64,000 nt of DNA from an uncultured Gemmatimonadales bacterium (GTDB taxonomy: Bacteria > Gemmatimonadota > Gemmatimonadetes > Gemmatimonadales > GWC2-71-9): the NCBI GenBank assembly GCA_963798915.1, contig CAWCVB010000006.1:352001-416000 (forward strand), read 5' to 3'. The notes under the pieces were generated by a model, which saw only the letters and a list, made by a program, of their open reading frames with translations, was not told the DNA's origin and did not search any database. Both the position numbers and the translations under genes were made by a program. Shown here piece after piece: positions 1 to 8,641 of this stretch; the first letter of the stretch is position 1; the number at the start of each line of letters is the position of its first letter.

Positions 1-1
1 T

Positions 2-1072
2 TTCTTCATCGCGTCGTTCTCGTTCTTCGGGGTCCTCGTGGCGGTAGGCCTCGGCACCCTCATGCGCGAGGTGGTGGCCTGGCTGGGCGATCGCGCGCCG
101 GGCCAGAAGGGATGGATGATGGCCTCCCCGGTGCTCGCCCTCGCGCTGGTACCACTCCTGGCGAACTGGTCCACCGCATCGCGTGCCCATGAAACGATGG
201 CCAATGATTTTGCAGTGGACCTGCTCCAGTCGGTCGCGCCCTATGGCATCCTCATTACGGCGGGCGATAACGACACCTTTCCGCTCTGGTTCGCCCAGGA
301 GGTCGAGGGTGTACGCCGGGACGTGACGCTGGCCAATCTCTCGCTGATGAACACGCGCTGGCACCTGCGGCAGATCGCCCGGCGCGCGACCCCGACCTTC
401 GACCCGTCCCGGTCCATCCCGCTCTGGCGTTCGATTGAGCAGCCCGGCATCACGCTCGCCGACTCGGGCCGCTCTCCGCTCCGTGGTGTGAACTGGCCAA
501 AGCCCAGCAATGACGTGCTCTCGCTCACGCCCGACGAGCTGAGTGACACGGTCCGCCTGCCGGACGTGACGCAGGCGCCGAAGGGCGTGGTCCGGGTGGG
601 CAAGGTGGACATGCGCTTTGGCAGCCAGTATCTGCTGCTTCAGGACGTCATGAGTGCCATCCTGATCAAGGACAATCTCGGGAAGCGACCCATCTATTTT
701 GCCTGGAGTGATGGCGGCTATCCCGACCAGACGCTGGGCCTGAGCGCGTACCTGCAGACCGAGGGGTTCGTGCGCCGGCTGATGCCCGCGCCAGTGCAGC
801 CGTCCGATTCGGTTGTGGCGTCGCCATACCTCGGCTTTGTCAACGTCAACCGTACCGCTGAGCTCATGTGGAAGTCCTACCACTGGAGGAGCGCCACACG
901 GGAACGGCCCTTTGGCTGGGTGGATCCTCCCTCCGGGAGCATCCTGCAGCTGTATTCCATTGTCTACGGTGGCATGGCACCGATTCTGGATCAGAAAGGC
1001 GACTCGGTGCTGTCGGCGCGCGCCGATTCCGTCGCGACTGCCGTGCAGGCGAATCTCAATCGAAGCCCGTGA
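2..1072 (+). CDS. DUF2723/TMEM260-like membrane glycosyltransferase, C-terminal part (5' truncated by window)
   Basis: Frame open from base 2 (FFIASFSFFG...); motifs GDNDTFPLW, QEVEGVRRDV, NLSLMNTRW. Confidence 0.75.
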   Translation, partial: FFIASFSFFGVLVAVGLGTLMREVVAWLGDRAPGQKGWMMASPVLALALVPLLANWSTASRAHETMANDFAVDLLQSVAPYGILITAGDNDTFPLWFAQEVEGVRRDVTLANLSLMNTRWHLRQIARRATPTFDPSRSIPLWRSIEQPGITLADSGRSPLRGVNWPKPSNDVLSLTPDELSDTVRLPDVTQAPKGVVRVGKVDMRFGSQYLLLQDVMSAILIKDNLGKRPIYFAWSDGGYPDQTLGLSAYLQTEGFVRRLMPAPVQPSDSVVASPYLGFVNVNRTAELMWKSYHWRSATRERPFGWVDPPSGSILQLYSIVYGGMAPILDQKGDSVLSARADSVATAVQANLNRSP

Positions 1073-1076
1073 GAGA

Positions 1077-1128
1077 CTGTCAACGGTCTACGGTCTACGG
1101 TCGACCGTTGACTGTTGACCGTTGACCT
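1077..1128. repeat. Inverted heptamer-repeat hairpin (CGGTCTA-type / CCGTTGA-type units)
   Basis: ctgtcaa cggtcta cggtcta cggtcga | ccgttga ctgttga ccgttga, directly after the stop codon. Confidence 0.85.
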
Positions 1129-1146
1129 TGAACGGCAGGCCAAACC

Positions 1147-1956
1147 ATGAAGCGAAAAATCCTCCCCGTCCTCCTGTTCGCCTTGCTCGCCCGGCCCGTC
1201 CTGGCTCAGGACCGCAGCATGGTCCTGGCGACGACCACCAGTGTCTACGATACCGGCTTGCTGGATTCGCTCCTTGCCGTTTTCACCGCCCAATCGGGAA
1301 TCACGGTCAAGCCGATCGCCGTGGGCTCCGGCGCCGCCCTCGAGATGGCCCGGCGCGGCGAGGCCGATGCCGTACTGGTCCATGATCCCGTCGCCGAGAA
1401 ACAGGCCGTGCATCGCGGCGACCTTATCGAAGGCCGCCGGATCATGCACAACGATTTCCTGCTGGTCGGGCCGCCGAGCGACCCTGCGCACGCAGCGGGC
1501 CGCTCCATCGCGGATGCGATGACGGCCATCGCGGCGCGGGGAACCTTTGTCTCGCGCGGCGATGGATCGGGTACCGAGTCGCGCGAGCGCGCGCTCTGGG
1601 CGCTGACTCACCTCGACCCCGACACGCTCTCTTCCCGCACCGAGACAGGCCAGGGACAGGCCGCCACTCTCTATGTCACGAGCGAACGAGGGGCCTACAC
1701 CCTGACCGACCGCGGTACCTGGCTTACGCTCCGCCACCGGGTGCACCTTGTGCCTCAAATCCAGGGCGACCCTGCGCTTCTGAACATTTATACGGCGTAC
1801 GTGGTGAATCCCGCCGTGCATCAGCATGTCCACCCGGCGCTCGCGCGTGCCTTCATCGCCTTCCTCGCTTCTGATGCCGCGCAGCGGCTGATCGGGCGGT
1901 TTGGCAGGGAGCGCCTGGGCGGTCAGTTGTTCGTGCCCGACCTGCTGCATGAATGA
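1147..1956 (+). CDS. tupA: Tungstate ABC transporter substrate-binding protein
   Basis: Signal peptide; ATTTSVYDTGLLD, VGSGAAL, FVSRGDGSGT, YTLTDRGTW motifs. Confidence 0.9.
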   Translation: MKRKILPVLLFALLARPVLAQDRSMVLATTTSVYDTGLLDSLLAVFTAQSGITVKPIAVGSGAALEMARRGEADAVLVHDPVAEKQAVHRGDLIEGRRIMHNDFLLVGPPSDPAHAAGRSIADAMTAIAARGTFVSRGDGSGTESRERALWALTHLDPDTLSSRTETGQGQAATLYVTSERGAYTLTDRGTWLTLRHRVHLVPQIQGDPALLNIYTAYVVNPAVHQHVHPALARAFIAFLASDAAQRLIGRFGRERLGGQLFVPDLLHE

Positions 1957-2635
1957 CCTGGCCGAGGCCCTGACCTCGGCATGGCGGCTGCTCGTTGCCG
2001 ACCCCGAGATTCGCGCCATCGTGCTCCGGACCCTTGCCATTTCCGGCGCCGCCACGGCAGCGGCCATGCTCCTGGGCGTCCCCATTGGCTATGGTATCGC
2101 GCGGGGACGGTTCCGCGGGCGCACCATCCTGATGGGACTCGTTAACACCGGTATGGGACTGCCGCCGGTCGTGGTCGGCCTGGTCGTCTGGCTGGTGCTC
2201 GCACGAGGCGGCGTCTTCGGGTCGCTCGATCTGCTCTACACCCCGTCGGCGATGATCACAGCTCAGTTTCTCATTGCGCTCCCGTTGGTCATCGGCTTCA
2301 CCGCAGCCAGTATCCAGTCTCTTCCCGGAGCCATGCCGGACCTGCTTGTGTCCCTTGGCGCCGGGCCTGGCAGGCGGATGTGGCTGCTCTGCCGCGAGGC
2401 CAGACTCGGACTCCTGGCCGCGATGATGGCGGCCTTCGGCGCAATCATTTCGGAGGTGGGCGCCGCCATGACGGTGGGTGGCAACCTCCGTGGCTCAACC
2501 CGGGTTCTGACCACGGCCATCGTCACGGTCACCGGTCGAGGGGCAATCCCCGAAGCGCTGGCGCTGGGGCTGATCCTGCTGCTGCTCGCCTTCTCGGTGA
2601 ACCTGCTCCTTACGGTCGTGCAGCAGCGCCGTTGA
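1949..2635 (+). CDS. tupB: Tungstate ABC transporter permease
   Basis: GLPPVVVGL and AFGAIISEVGAAMTVGGN motifs; ATG at 1949 overlaps tupA end. Confidence 0.88.
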   Translation: MNDLAEALTSAWRLLVADPEIRAIVLRTLAISGAATAAAMLLGVPIGYGIARGRFRGRTILMGLVNTGMGLPPVVVGLVVWLVLARGGVFGSLDLLYTPSAMITAQFLIALPLVIGFTAASIQSLPGAMPDLLVSLGAGPGRRMWLLCREARLGLLAAMMAAFGAIISEVGAAMTVGGNLRGSTRVLTTAIVTVTGRGAIPEALALGLILLLLAFSVNLLLTVVQQRR

Positions 2636-3642
2636 TGCGAGTCGAAGTGCAGGAGCTCCAGTTCTCGCGCGAGGGCCGGCAGGTGCTGGACGTGCCGGCG
2701 TTCAGCGTCGAGGCGGGTTCGGTTACCGCTCTCTTCGGCGCTAACGGAGCCGGCAAGTCCACCCTGCTGCGGTTGGTCGGCGGGGTTGAGGCTCTCCAGC
2801 AGGGCACGATCAGCATCGGCAGCGCCACCTCCCGACTCGAGCGCTCCCGCCTCTGCGCCATGACCTTCCAGGATCCGGTGTTCCTGCGAGGATCGGTTCG
2901 CGACAACCTGGAGCTTGGCCTGAAGCTGCGCGAGCTCACCGCCCATGAGCGCGCCGAGCGGGTACGTTTCGCGGCAGAAGAATGCGGCATCGATGCATTG
3001 CTGGAGCGGAGGGCGCGCGAGTTATCCGCGGGCGAAGCCCAACGTGCCGCGCTCGCCCGGGCCATGGCGCTCCGAGCGCCCGTGATGCTGCTGGACGAGC
3101 CGCTGGCCGGGCTGGACCAGCGGGCTCGGCGGGGCTTGCTGCATGACCTTCCTCGCCTCCTCAGGTCGTCCGGCGCCACGGCGATCGTCGTCTCGCATGA
3201 TCGCGAGGAAGCGTTCCGGCTCGCGGACCGGCTGGCGGTCATGGTTGACGGCCAGGTAATTCGCCATGACACGCTTGAACGCGTCTACCAGTCGCCCGGA
3301 AGCGCGGTGGTGGCCGAGCTGCTTGGCTACACGGCGCTCATGGTGGGCGATCGGCGCCTGGCGGTGCCGCCTGACGGCCTCTCACTCAGTGCGGGTGAGG
3401 GTCCGACGGTCATCTTCGAGGTGGATCAGGTCATCGATATTGCCGACCGCCGCCACGTGATCGGCCGTGTGGGCGACCGAAGCGTCGAATGCAGGCTGGG
3501 CACGCATGAGCCGGTGCCCACGCCCGGGAGCAGCGCATCGGCTGACCATCACTCGGGCGGTCGAACTCCGCGAGTAGCCGGTTCGGAGACAACGATAGTC
3601 ATCCCGACCGGTCGTGTATTAGAATTCGCCCGCGCGAACTGA
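2635..3642 (+). CDS. tupC: ABC transporter ATP-binding protein (TupC); 3' end possibly frameshifted
   Basis: Walker A GANGAGKS, signature LSAGE, Walker B LLDEP; TGATG coupling to tupB. Confidence 0.85.
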   Translation: MRVEVQELQFSREGRQVLDVPAFSVEAGSVTALFGANGAGKSTLLRLVGGVEALQQGTISIGSATSRLERSRLCAMTFQDPVFLRGSVRDNLELGLKLRELTAHERAERVRFAAEECGIDALLERRARELSAGEAQRAALARAMALRAPVMLLDEPLAGLDQRARRGLLHDLPRLLRSSGATAIVVSHDREEAFRLADRLAVMVDGQVIRHDTLERVYQSPGSAVVAELLGYTALMVGDRRLAVPPDGLSLSAGEGPTVIFEVDQVIDIADRRHVIGRVGDRSVECRLGTHEPVPTPGSSASADHHSGGRTPRVAGSETTIVIPTGRVLEFARAN

Positions 3643-3666
3643 CCCGGGCGACGTTTTGGCCCTCTG

Positions 3667-3753
3667 GGCGTGGTGGCCGAGTGGTTTAAGGCAGCGGTCT
3701 TGAAAACCGCCGAACGGGCAACCGTTCCGTGAGTTCGAATCTCACCCACGCCG
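3667..3753 (+). tRNA. tRNA-Ser(TGA), CCA not encoded
   Basis: Acceptor GGCGTGG/CCACGCC, anticodon arm GCGGT-CTTGAAA-ACCGC, long variable arm, T arm GTGAG-TTCGAAT-CTCAC. Confidence 0.95.
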
Positions 3754-3759
3754 TGGCGA

Positions 3760-3884
3760 GGGAGTAGGGATTAGGGATCAGGGGTTAGGGAGTAGGGGCA
3801 AGGGATCAGCAGCGAGGGGCTGAGCGCTCAGCGCAGCTACTCCCCATTCCCCATTCCCGATTCCCGATTCCCTATCCCACTCCC
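3760..3884. repeat. Inverted heptamer-repeat element, (GGGRNYA-like)7 ... (NATTCCC-like)~7
   Basis: GGGAGTA GGGATTA GGGATCA GGGGTTA GGGAGTA GGGGCAA GGGATCA, a spacer with palindrome GCTGAGCGCTCAGC, then TACTCCC CATTCCC CATTCCC GATTCCC GATTCCC TATCCC ACTCCC. Confidence 0.9.
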
Positions 3885-3914
3885 TTGACTCGCCCGTCCC
3901 CCGTGCCCCATCTT
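3885..3914 (+). promoter_or_regulatory. Putative sigma70 promoter of tRNA-Ser(GCT)
   Basis: TTGACT-N18-CATCTT, 10 nt upstream of the tRNA. Confidence 0.45.
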
Positions 3915-3924
3915 CCCGCCCCGA

Positions 3925-4015
3925 GGAGTCGTGGCCGAGAGGCTGAAGGCGGCGGTTTGCTAAACCGTTATAGGGCCTAAAAGCCCTATCGAGGGTTCGA
4001 ATCCCTCCGACTCCG
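3925..4015 (+). tRNA. tRNA-Ser(GCT), CCA not encoded (TCA follows)
   Basis: Acceptor GGAGTCG/CGACTCC, anticodon loop TTGCTAA, variable arm ATAGGGC..GCCCTAT, T loop TTCGAAT. Confidence 0.95.
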
Positions 4016-4020
4016 TCATT

Positions 4021-4079
4021 GAGTCGAGGGTCGAGGGTCGAGAGTCACGCGCTCGACTCTGGACTCTCGACTCTCGACT
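4021..4079. repeat. Inverted heptamer-repeat hairpin (GRGTCGA / CTCGACT units)
   Basis: GAGTCGA GGGTCGA GGGTCGA GAGTC acgcg CTCGACT CTGGACT CTCGACT CTCGACT. Confidence 0.9.
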
Positions 4080-4104
4080 TTCCTGGACCTTCATCGGCGA
4101 CACC

Positions 4105-5532
4105 ATGTCCACACCCCGCGTCCGATTCGCTCCCTCACCCACCGGCTACCTGCACGTCGGCGGCGCACGCACCGCGCTGTTCAACTGGCTCTATGCGAGG
4201 AATACCGGCGGCACCCTGGTGCTGCGGATCGAAGACACCGATCGCGAGCGCTCCACCGACGCGCATACACAGGTCATTCTCGACGGCCTGCAGTGGCTCG
4301 GGATCACCTGGGATGAGGGCCCCGTATTCCAGGGCGCGGCGCTGTCCCGTCATCAGGACGACGCCAACCGCCTGCTCTCGGAGGGCAAGGCGTATCGGTG
4401 CTTCTGCACCCGGGAGGAACTCGAGGCCCAACGCGCGGCGGCTGCAGCGCAGAAGCTGGGGTTTCGTTATAACCGCCATTGCCGCACCGTGGCGCCCGAT
4501 GAGTCACTTCGGCGCGCCCAATCGGGAGCGCCGTTTACTGTCCGCCTCCGCATGCCCGACGATGAACTGGCCTGGGACGATGCGGTCCACGGCCGGATCA
4601 GCTTCCAGGGTCGCGACCTGGATGATTTCGTGATCCTCCGGACGGACGCGACCCCGATCTACAACCTGGCCGTCGTCTCGGATGACATTGCCATGCGCAT
4701 CACGCACGTCATCCGCGGCGATGACCATGTGTCCAACACGCCCAAGCAGATTGCGCTCTACCGCGCGTTCGGTGCGGCCGAGCCGGTGTTTGCCCACGTG
4801 CCGATGATCCTGGGACCGGACGGCAAGAAGCTCTCCAAGCGTCACGGCGCCACCGCAGTCGGCGACTACCAGGATCAGGGCATTTTTCCCGCTGCCATGC
4901 GCAACTTCCTTGCGCTGCTCGGCTGGTCTCCTGGTGCCGATCGCGAAATCCTGCCCGAGGAAGACTTGATTGCGCTCTTCAGTCTCGAGGCGATCCAGAG
5001 CCGGCCCGCGGTTTTCGACACCGCCAAGCTGGAGTGGATGAACGGTCAGTATCTGTCGGCCACGCCGGCCGAGCGCCTGCTGGCTCCGGTCGAGCGCCAG
5101 CTGCAACGGCTGGGCATCGACACTGGCGCCCGGGACCTGCTTCCGTTTATTGATGCAGTGAAGGCTCGCTCGCGCACGCTGGTGCAGCTGGCCGAGCAGG
5201 TCGCCGTGCGGCTGGAGGGGCGGGCTGGGGAACTCGAGCCGAAGGCGGCCGCCTTCCGGCAGAAGATGGGTCCGGCATTCAGGGAAAGTCTCGCGCGGGC
5301 CGTCTCGACGCTTTCCAGACTCGATCCCGAGGCATGGACTGCTGACCGGATTCTCGAGGCTCTGAAGGAGAGCGCAACGGCCGCGGGGGCAAAGCTGGGT
5401 GACGCCATGCAGCCGATCCGCATCGCGCTGACGGGTGGCACCGTCTCCGAACCGGTCAACGAACTGCTTGCGGTCATCGGGAGGGAGGCGGCGCTCACGC
5501 GTCTGCAAGCCGAGCTGAGTCGCGAGGCGTAG
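4105..5532 (+). CDS. gltX: Glutamate--tRNA ligase
   Basis: RFAPSPTGYLHVGG (HIGH), LRIEDTD, KLSKR (KMSKS). Confidence 0.97.
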   Translation: MSTPRVRFAPSPTGYLHVGGARTALFNWLYARNTGGTLVLRIEDTDRERSTDAHTQVILDGLQWLGITWDEGPVFQGAALSRHQDDANRLLSEGKAYRCFCTREELEAQRAAAAAQKLGFRYNRHCRTVAPDESLRRAQSGAPFTVRLRMPDDELAWDDAVHGRISFQGRDLDDFVILRTDATPIYNLAVVSDDIAMRITHVIRGDDHVSNTPKQIALYRAFGAAEPVFAHVPMILGPDGKKLSKRHGATAVGDYQDQGIFPAAMRNFLALLGWSPGADREILPEEDLIALFSLEAIQSRPAVFDTAKLEWMNGQYLSATPAERLLAPVERQLQRLGIDTGARDLLPFIDAVKARSRTLVQLAEQVAVRLEGRAGELEPKAAAFRQKMGPAFRESLARAVSTLSRLDPEAWTADRILEALKESATAAGAKLGDAMQPIRIALTGGTVSEPVNELLAVIGREAALTRLQAELSREA

Positions 5533-5571
5533 ATCGCCGGCGCCGGAAGTCCCGCGACGGGAGGTCCAGAC

Positions 5572-6774
5572 ATGCGTCCTCGTTACCTTCTTGCACTTTT
5601 GCTTGCCGCGGCGTGTACCCGGACTGTCCGAGTGCCGCCTTCACCGGCGCCAACTCCCGTTCCCGCACCGGGAATCCCCGAGCCGCGCCCGGCCAACCCG
5701 CCGGCGAGGCCAGCGGCTCCCGATACCGTCTCGAAGCCCGATTCCGTGCCTCCCGCCCGCCTGCGCACCATTTCTGCGGCATTTGCCGGCGATATCAACC
5801 TTGGCACAACCACACTGCCGGGCGGACTCCCGCCGGACAGCGGGCGGGCGGAGCTGCGAGCCGCGACGCCGGCGCTTCGCGGGGACCTGGTCGTTGGGAA
5901 TCTCGAAGGCGTCCTGGCCGACACCGGGACCTCGGAGAAGTGCCTCCGACGCGTCGGCAAGCGAGTCGAGGTGAAGGACCTGTGTTATGCGTTCCGGACG
6001 CCGACGTACCTCGCAGCGCGGCTCCGGGACGCCGGCTTCACTCATCTCAACCTCGCGAACAACCACAGCGGCGACCTGGGCGAAGCTGGGCGCGAATCAA
6101 CGATTACGGTGCTCGATTCCCTGGGACTGGCCCATTACGGTCCGCTCGGTTCGATCGTCGTCGACACGCTGCGTCGGGGGGACAGCACCAGCACAGTCGC
6201 CCTGCTCGGGTTCAGCACTTATCCGTTTTCGTATAACCTGCTTGAACTTGGCCGAAGTGCTGCAGTAGTAGACTCCGTAAGCGGGCTCGCTGACGTCGTC
6301 CTGGTCACGTTCCATGGGGGTGCGGAGGGTGTCGAGGCCCAGCATGTCGACACGGCGCCTGAGTTCCTTGGACAGGAGCCGCGCGGCGCGCTGCGCGAAT
6401 GGGCCCACGCGGTAGTCGATGCCGGCGCCTCGGCGGTGGTCGGCCACGGCCCGCACGTCCTTCGGGGCATCGAGTTCTATCGCGGGCGTCCCATCGCATA
6501 TTCGCTGGGCAACTTTGCGACATACCGCGGCTTCAGTCTTGCTGGCCCGCTCGGTATCACAGCCGTGCTCCAGCTGGAGTTCGCAGGGACCGGCGAATTT
6601 GTGCGGGGGCGCCTCATTCCGATGTACCAGTCGCGCGGCGAGGGACCAGCGCCCGATCCGAGACGACGAGCGATCGCGCTCGTGCGTTCACTCTCTGAGA
6701 GCGACTTCGGTCCGAATGCCGCAGTGATCCAGGACGACGGGACCATCCTCGCGCCAGACGTGGCATCTCGCTAA
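5572..6774 (+). CDS. CapA/PGA_cap family metallophosphoesterase-fold lipoprotein
   Basis: Lipobox-like LAAAC, Pro-rich linker, GD, NLEG, LANNH, GHGPH, YSLGNF motifs. Confidence 0.85.
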   Translation: MRPRYLLALLLAAACTRTVRVPPSPAPTPVPAPGIPEPRPANPPARPAAPDTVSKPDSVPPARLRTISAAFAGDINLGTTTLPGGLPPDSGRAELRAATPALRGDLVVGNLEGVLADTGTSEKCLRRVGKRVEVKDLCYAFRTPTYLAARLRDAGFTHLNLANNHSGDLGEAGRESTITVLDSLGLAHYGPLGSIVVDTLRRGDSTSTVALLGFSTYPFSYNLLELGRSAAVVDSVSGLADVVLVTFHGGAEGVEAQHVDTAPEFLGQEPRGALREWAHAVVDAGASAVVGHGPHVLRGIEFYRGRPIAYSLGNFATYRGFSLAGPLGITAVLQLEFAGTGEFVRGRLIPMYQSRGEGPAPDPRRRAIALVRSLSESDFGPNAAVIQDDGTILAPDVASR

Positions 6775-6782
6775 CCTTCAAC

Positions 6783-7349
6783 ATGACTGATATTCCCAGC
6801 CAAGGCCCCACCCCAGTCGCCATTGCCGCCACGCAGGGCCCGGTCGAATTGCGGGTCCAGCTCGTGGAGGACGACCGTACGCCGGCCGGCATGGTGTGCA
6901 TGGGAACCTTCCGGGGAGATCGCCTGGTCTCACGCTGCGTGCTGCCGCCCGAGGCATGGCACCAGATTGAAGAATTTGGGCTTCTGGATGAACCGGTGCA
7001 GGTGGTGCTGCTCGCGCGGGAGGCTCCGCCGGGACTCCAGTGCCAGCTCTTTGCCGTGATTGACGTTCCGGACGCCATGCACGAAGACGAGCAGGATGAG
7101 CCGGAAGAGCCCTGGGCCGCGAGCGTGCCCAGCTCAGGCTACGAGGCGGCCATCGAAGACAGTGCTGGAGATGAGGAGGAGGCCAACGTGGCCACGCTGC
7201 CGCTGGGCAATATCGTGCGGTATTCCCATGACCGAACCCACCCTGACAGTCTCTCTCATGAGGCGGCCGACGTGCTGCGCAAGGTCATCCAGGGCGAAAC
7301 GGCCGAGTTGGTCGATCGGGCGCTTGCCGACCTGTTCAAGGATCTCTGA
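6783..7349 (+). CDS. Hypothetical acidic protein
   Basis: 188-aa ORF filling the gap between genes, protein-like composition. Confidence 0.7.
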   Translation: MTDIPSQGPTPVAIAATQGPVELRVQLVEDDRTPAGMVCMGTFRGDRLVSRCVLPPEAWHQIEEFGLLDEPVQVVLLAREAPPGLQCQLFAVIDVPDAMHEDEQDEPEEPWAASVPSSGYEAAIEDSAGDEEEANVATLPLGNIVRYSHDRTHPDSLSHEAADVLRKVIQGETAELVDRALADLFKDL

Positions 7350-7355
7350 CTCAGT

Positions 7356-7799
7356 TCAGAGCAGCGCGCCCGTCCTGAACTGCCAGATTCGCCGGAGCAG
7401 TTCGTCCAGATGCCCATGCACCACGAAGGCGTCCACGGCGGCGGAGGTGGCGGCGGCATCCACACCCCACAGTCCGGCACGCTTCTGCTCCCCGTCGAAA
7501 TTGCCCTGCACCCAGACCCGCTCCTCTTCAGCATAGAGAGTCGCGAGCCCGCTGAAGAAGTGCTGGGTGACTGCATTGACCCCCGGTCCGCCGATTGCGA
7601 TCGTCGTCTGCCGCTGCAACACGTCGCTCCGGAAGTAGCTCTCATCGTCCGTGACCACGGCGCGACGATACGGCTGCCCGTCGGCCCGCCGGCCAATTTC
7701 GTCGCGGAGCCAGATGGCCAGGGGCCGGTCCCGCTCCAGTGCGGCATGGGTCGAACCGGTGACCAGTACGACGCTTTCTTGGAGATCCAGCAATTTCAC
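7356..7799 (-). CDS. Hypothetical protein
   Basis: GTGA overlap with the upstream gene, GGAGG SD; IAIGGPGVN motif. Confidence 0.75.
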   Translation of the reverse strand: MKLLDLQESVVLVTGSTHAALERDRPLAIWLRDEIGRRADGQPYRRAVVTDDESYFRSDVLQRQTTIAIGGPGVNAVTQHFFSGLATLYAEEERVWVQGNFDGEQKRAGLWGVDAAATSAAVDAFVVHGHLDELLRRIWQFRTGALL

Positions 7800-8641
7800 T
7801 GCGGTACGTCCTCCGGGGTCAGGTTGGGCGGCGGTGCAGTTCTCTGATTCTTCTGGAACTGCCGTTCCGCTTCCTTCCGCTCTCTGATGTCCTTGATGGC
7901 CTTCTTGAAATCTGCCACGTTTGCCGATCGCTGTGCTGCCTGCCGGAGGTCTCGATAGAGCACGTCCGAGCGATCGAACGCCATCTGGTCATTTCCACCG
8001 GCCGGCATTGGCAGCAGCGCCAGCAGCGCGGTAGGAATCTTGAGCCCCGCAACATAAATCCATCGCGAATCCAGCCCGAACTTGGCCCCGCCAAGCGTGG
8101 TGGTCCAGTCCGGCGGGTGAACGGCCTTCGAGGCGGGATCCATGGCGATCGAGTCGAGAAAACCCTGGATGATGGCCGTGACCGCGCTGTCGGCCAGTTC
8201 GGAGTGCGATCGCGAGAGCCGCGCCGCCAGTTCCCTGGGGGCGAGCGGCAGGGGCCGCACCCATACCGTACCGGACGCCCGGGCCGGCCCCAGGCGAGCA
8301 AATGGAGTAGACCGGCGCGCGTCGGCGTCGTGCGTCGCCGGCGTGGCAGGTGAGGATCCGGTGTCGACCGCGCCAGCGGAGGCCGGGGGCAGGTGCCGCG
8401 GCACCACCATCGGCGTTGCCGTCCGGTCTTCCGTCGGCGCCCGGCGTGAGGCATGGCTGCGCGTGTCCACCACCGGCAACGGACTGAGCCGCACCCGGGC
8501 GGACGTGACTGCCATCTGAGGCACGTGCGTGCCGAACAGCAGCAGCGCCAGCAGGCCAAGATGCAGCGCAATGCTGGCGGCGAGCACCAGCCATGGCTGC
8601 CGCCGTTGCTGCGGAAACTGCAGGTCAGGCAGGCGCGCCAA
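7796..8641 (-). CDS. Hypothetical membrane-anchored protein
   Basis: TonB-like anchor SIALHLGLLALL, Pro/Ala linker, charged C-terminal helix; TTG start at 8641 uncertain. Confidence 0.65.
   Translation of the reverse strand: MARLPDLQFPQQRRQPWLVLAASIALHLGLLALLLFGTHVPQMAVTSARVRLSPLPVVDTRSHASRRAPTEDRTATPMVVPRHLPPASAGAVDTGSSPATPATHDADARRSTPFARLGPARASGTVWVRPLPLAPRELAARLSRSHSELADSAVTAIIQGFLDSIAMDPASKAVHPPDWTTTLGGAKFGLDSRWIYVAGLKIPTALLALLPMPAGGNDQMAFDRSDVLYRDLRQAAQRSANVADFKKAIKDIRERKEAERQFQKNQRTAPPPNLTPEDVPQ

Noticed and set aside
3667..3753. tRNA with TGA anticodon as tRNA-Sec or allo-tRNA
   Set aside because: Anticodon TGA reads UCA (Ser), whereas Sec needs TCA; the fold is canonical 7/5. Only the C3:G70 pair is slightly atypical.
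3760..4079. Repeats near the tRNAs as a CRISPR array or telomere-like repeat
   Set aside because: Units are 7 nt, tandem and degenerate with no unique spacers, and there are no cas genes; TTAGGG occurs only incidentally.
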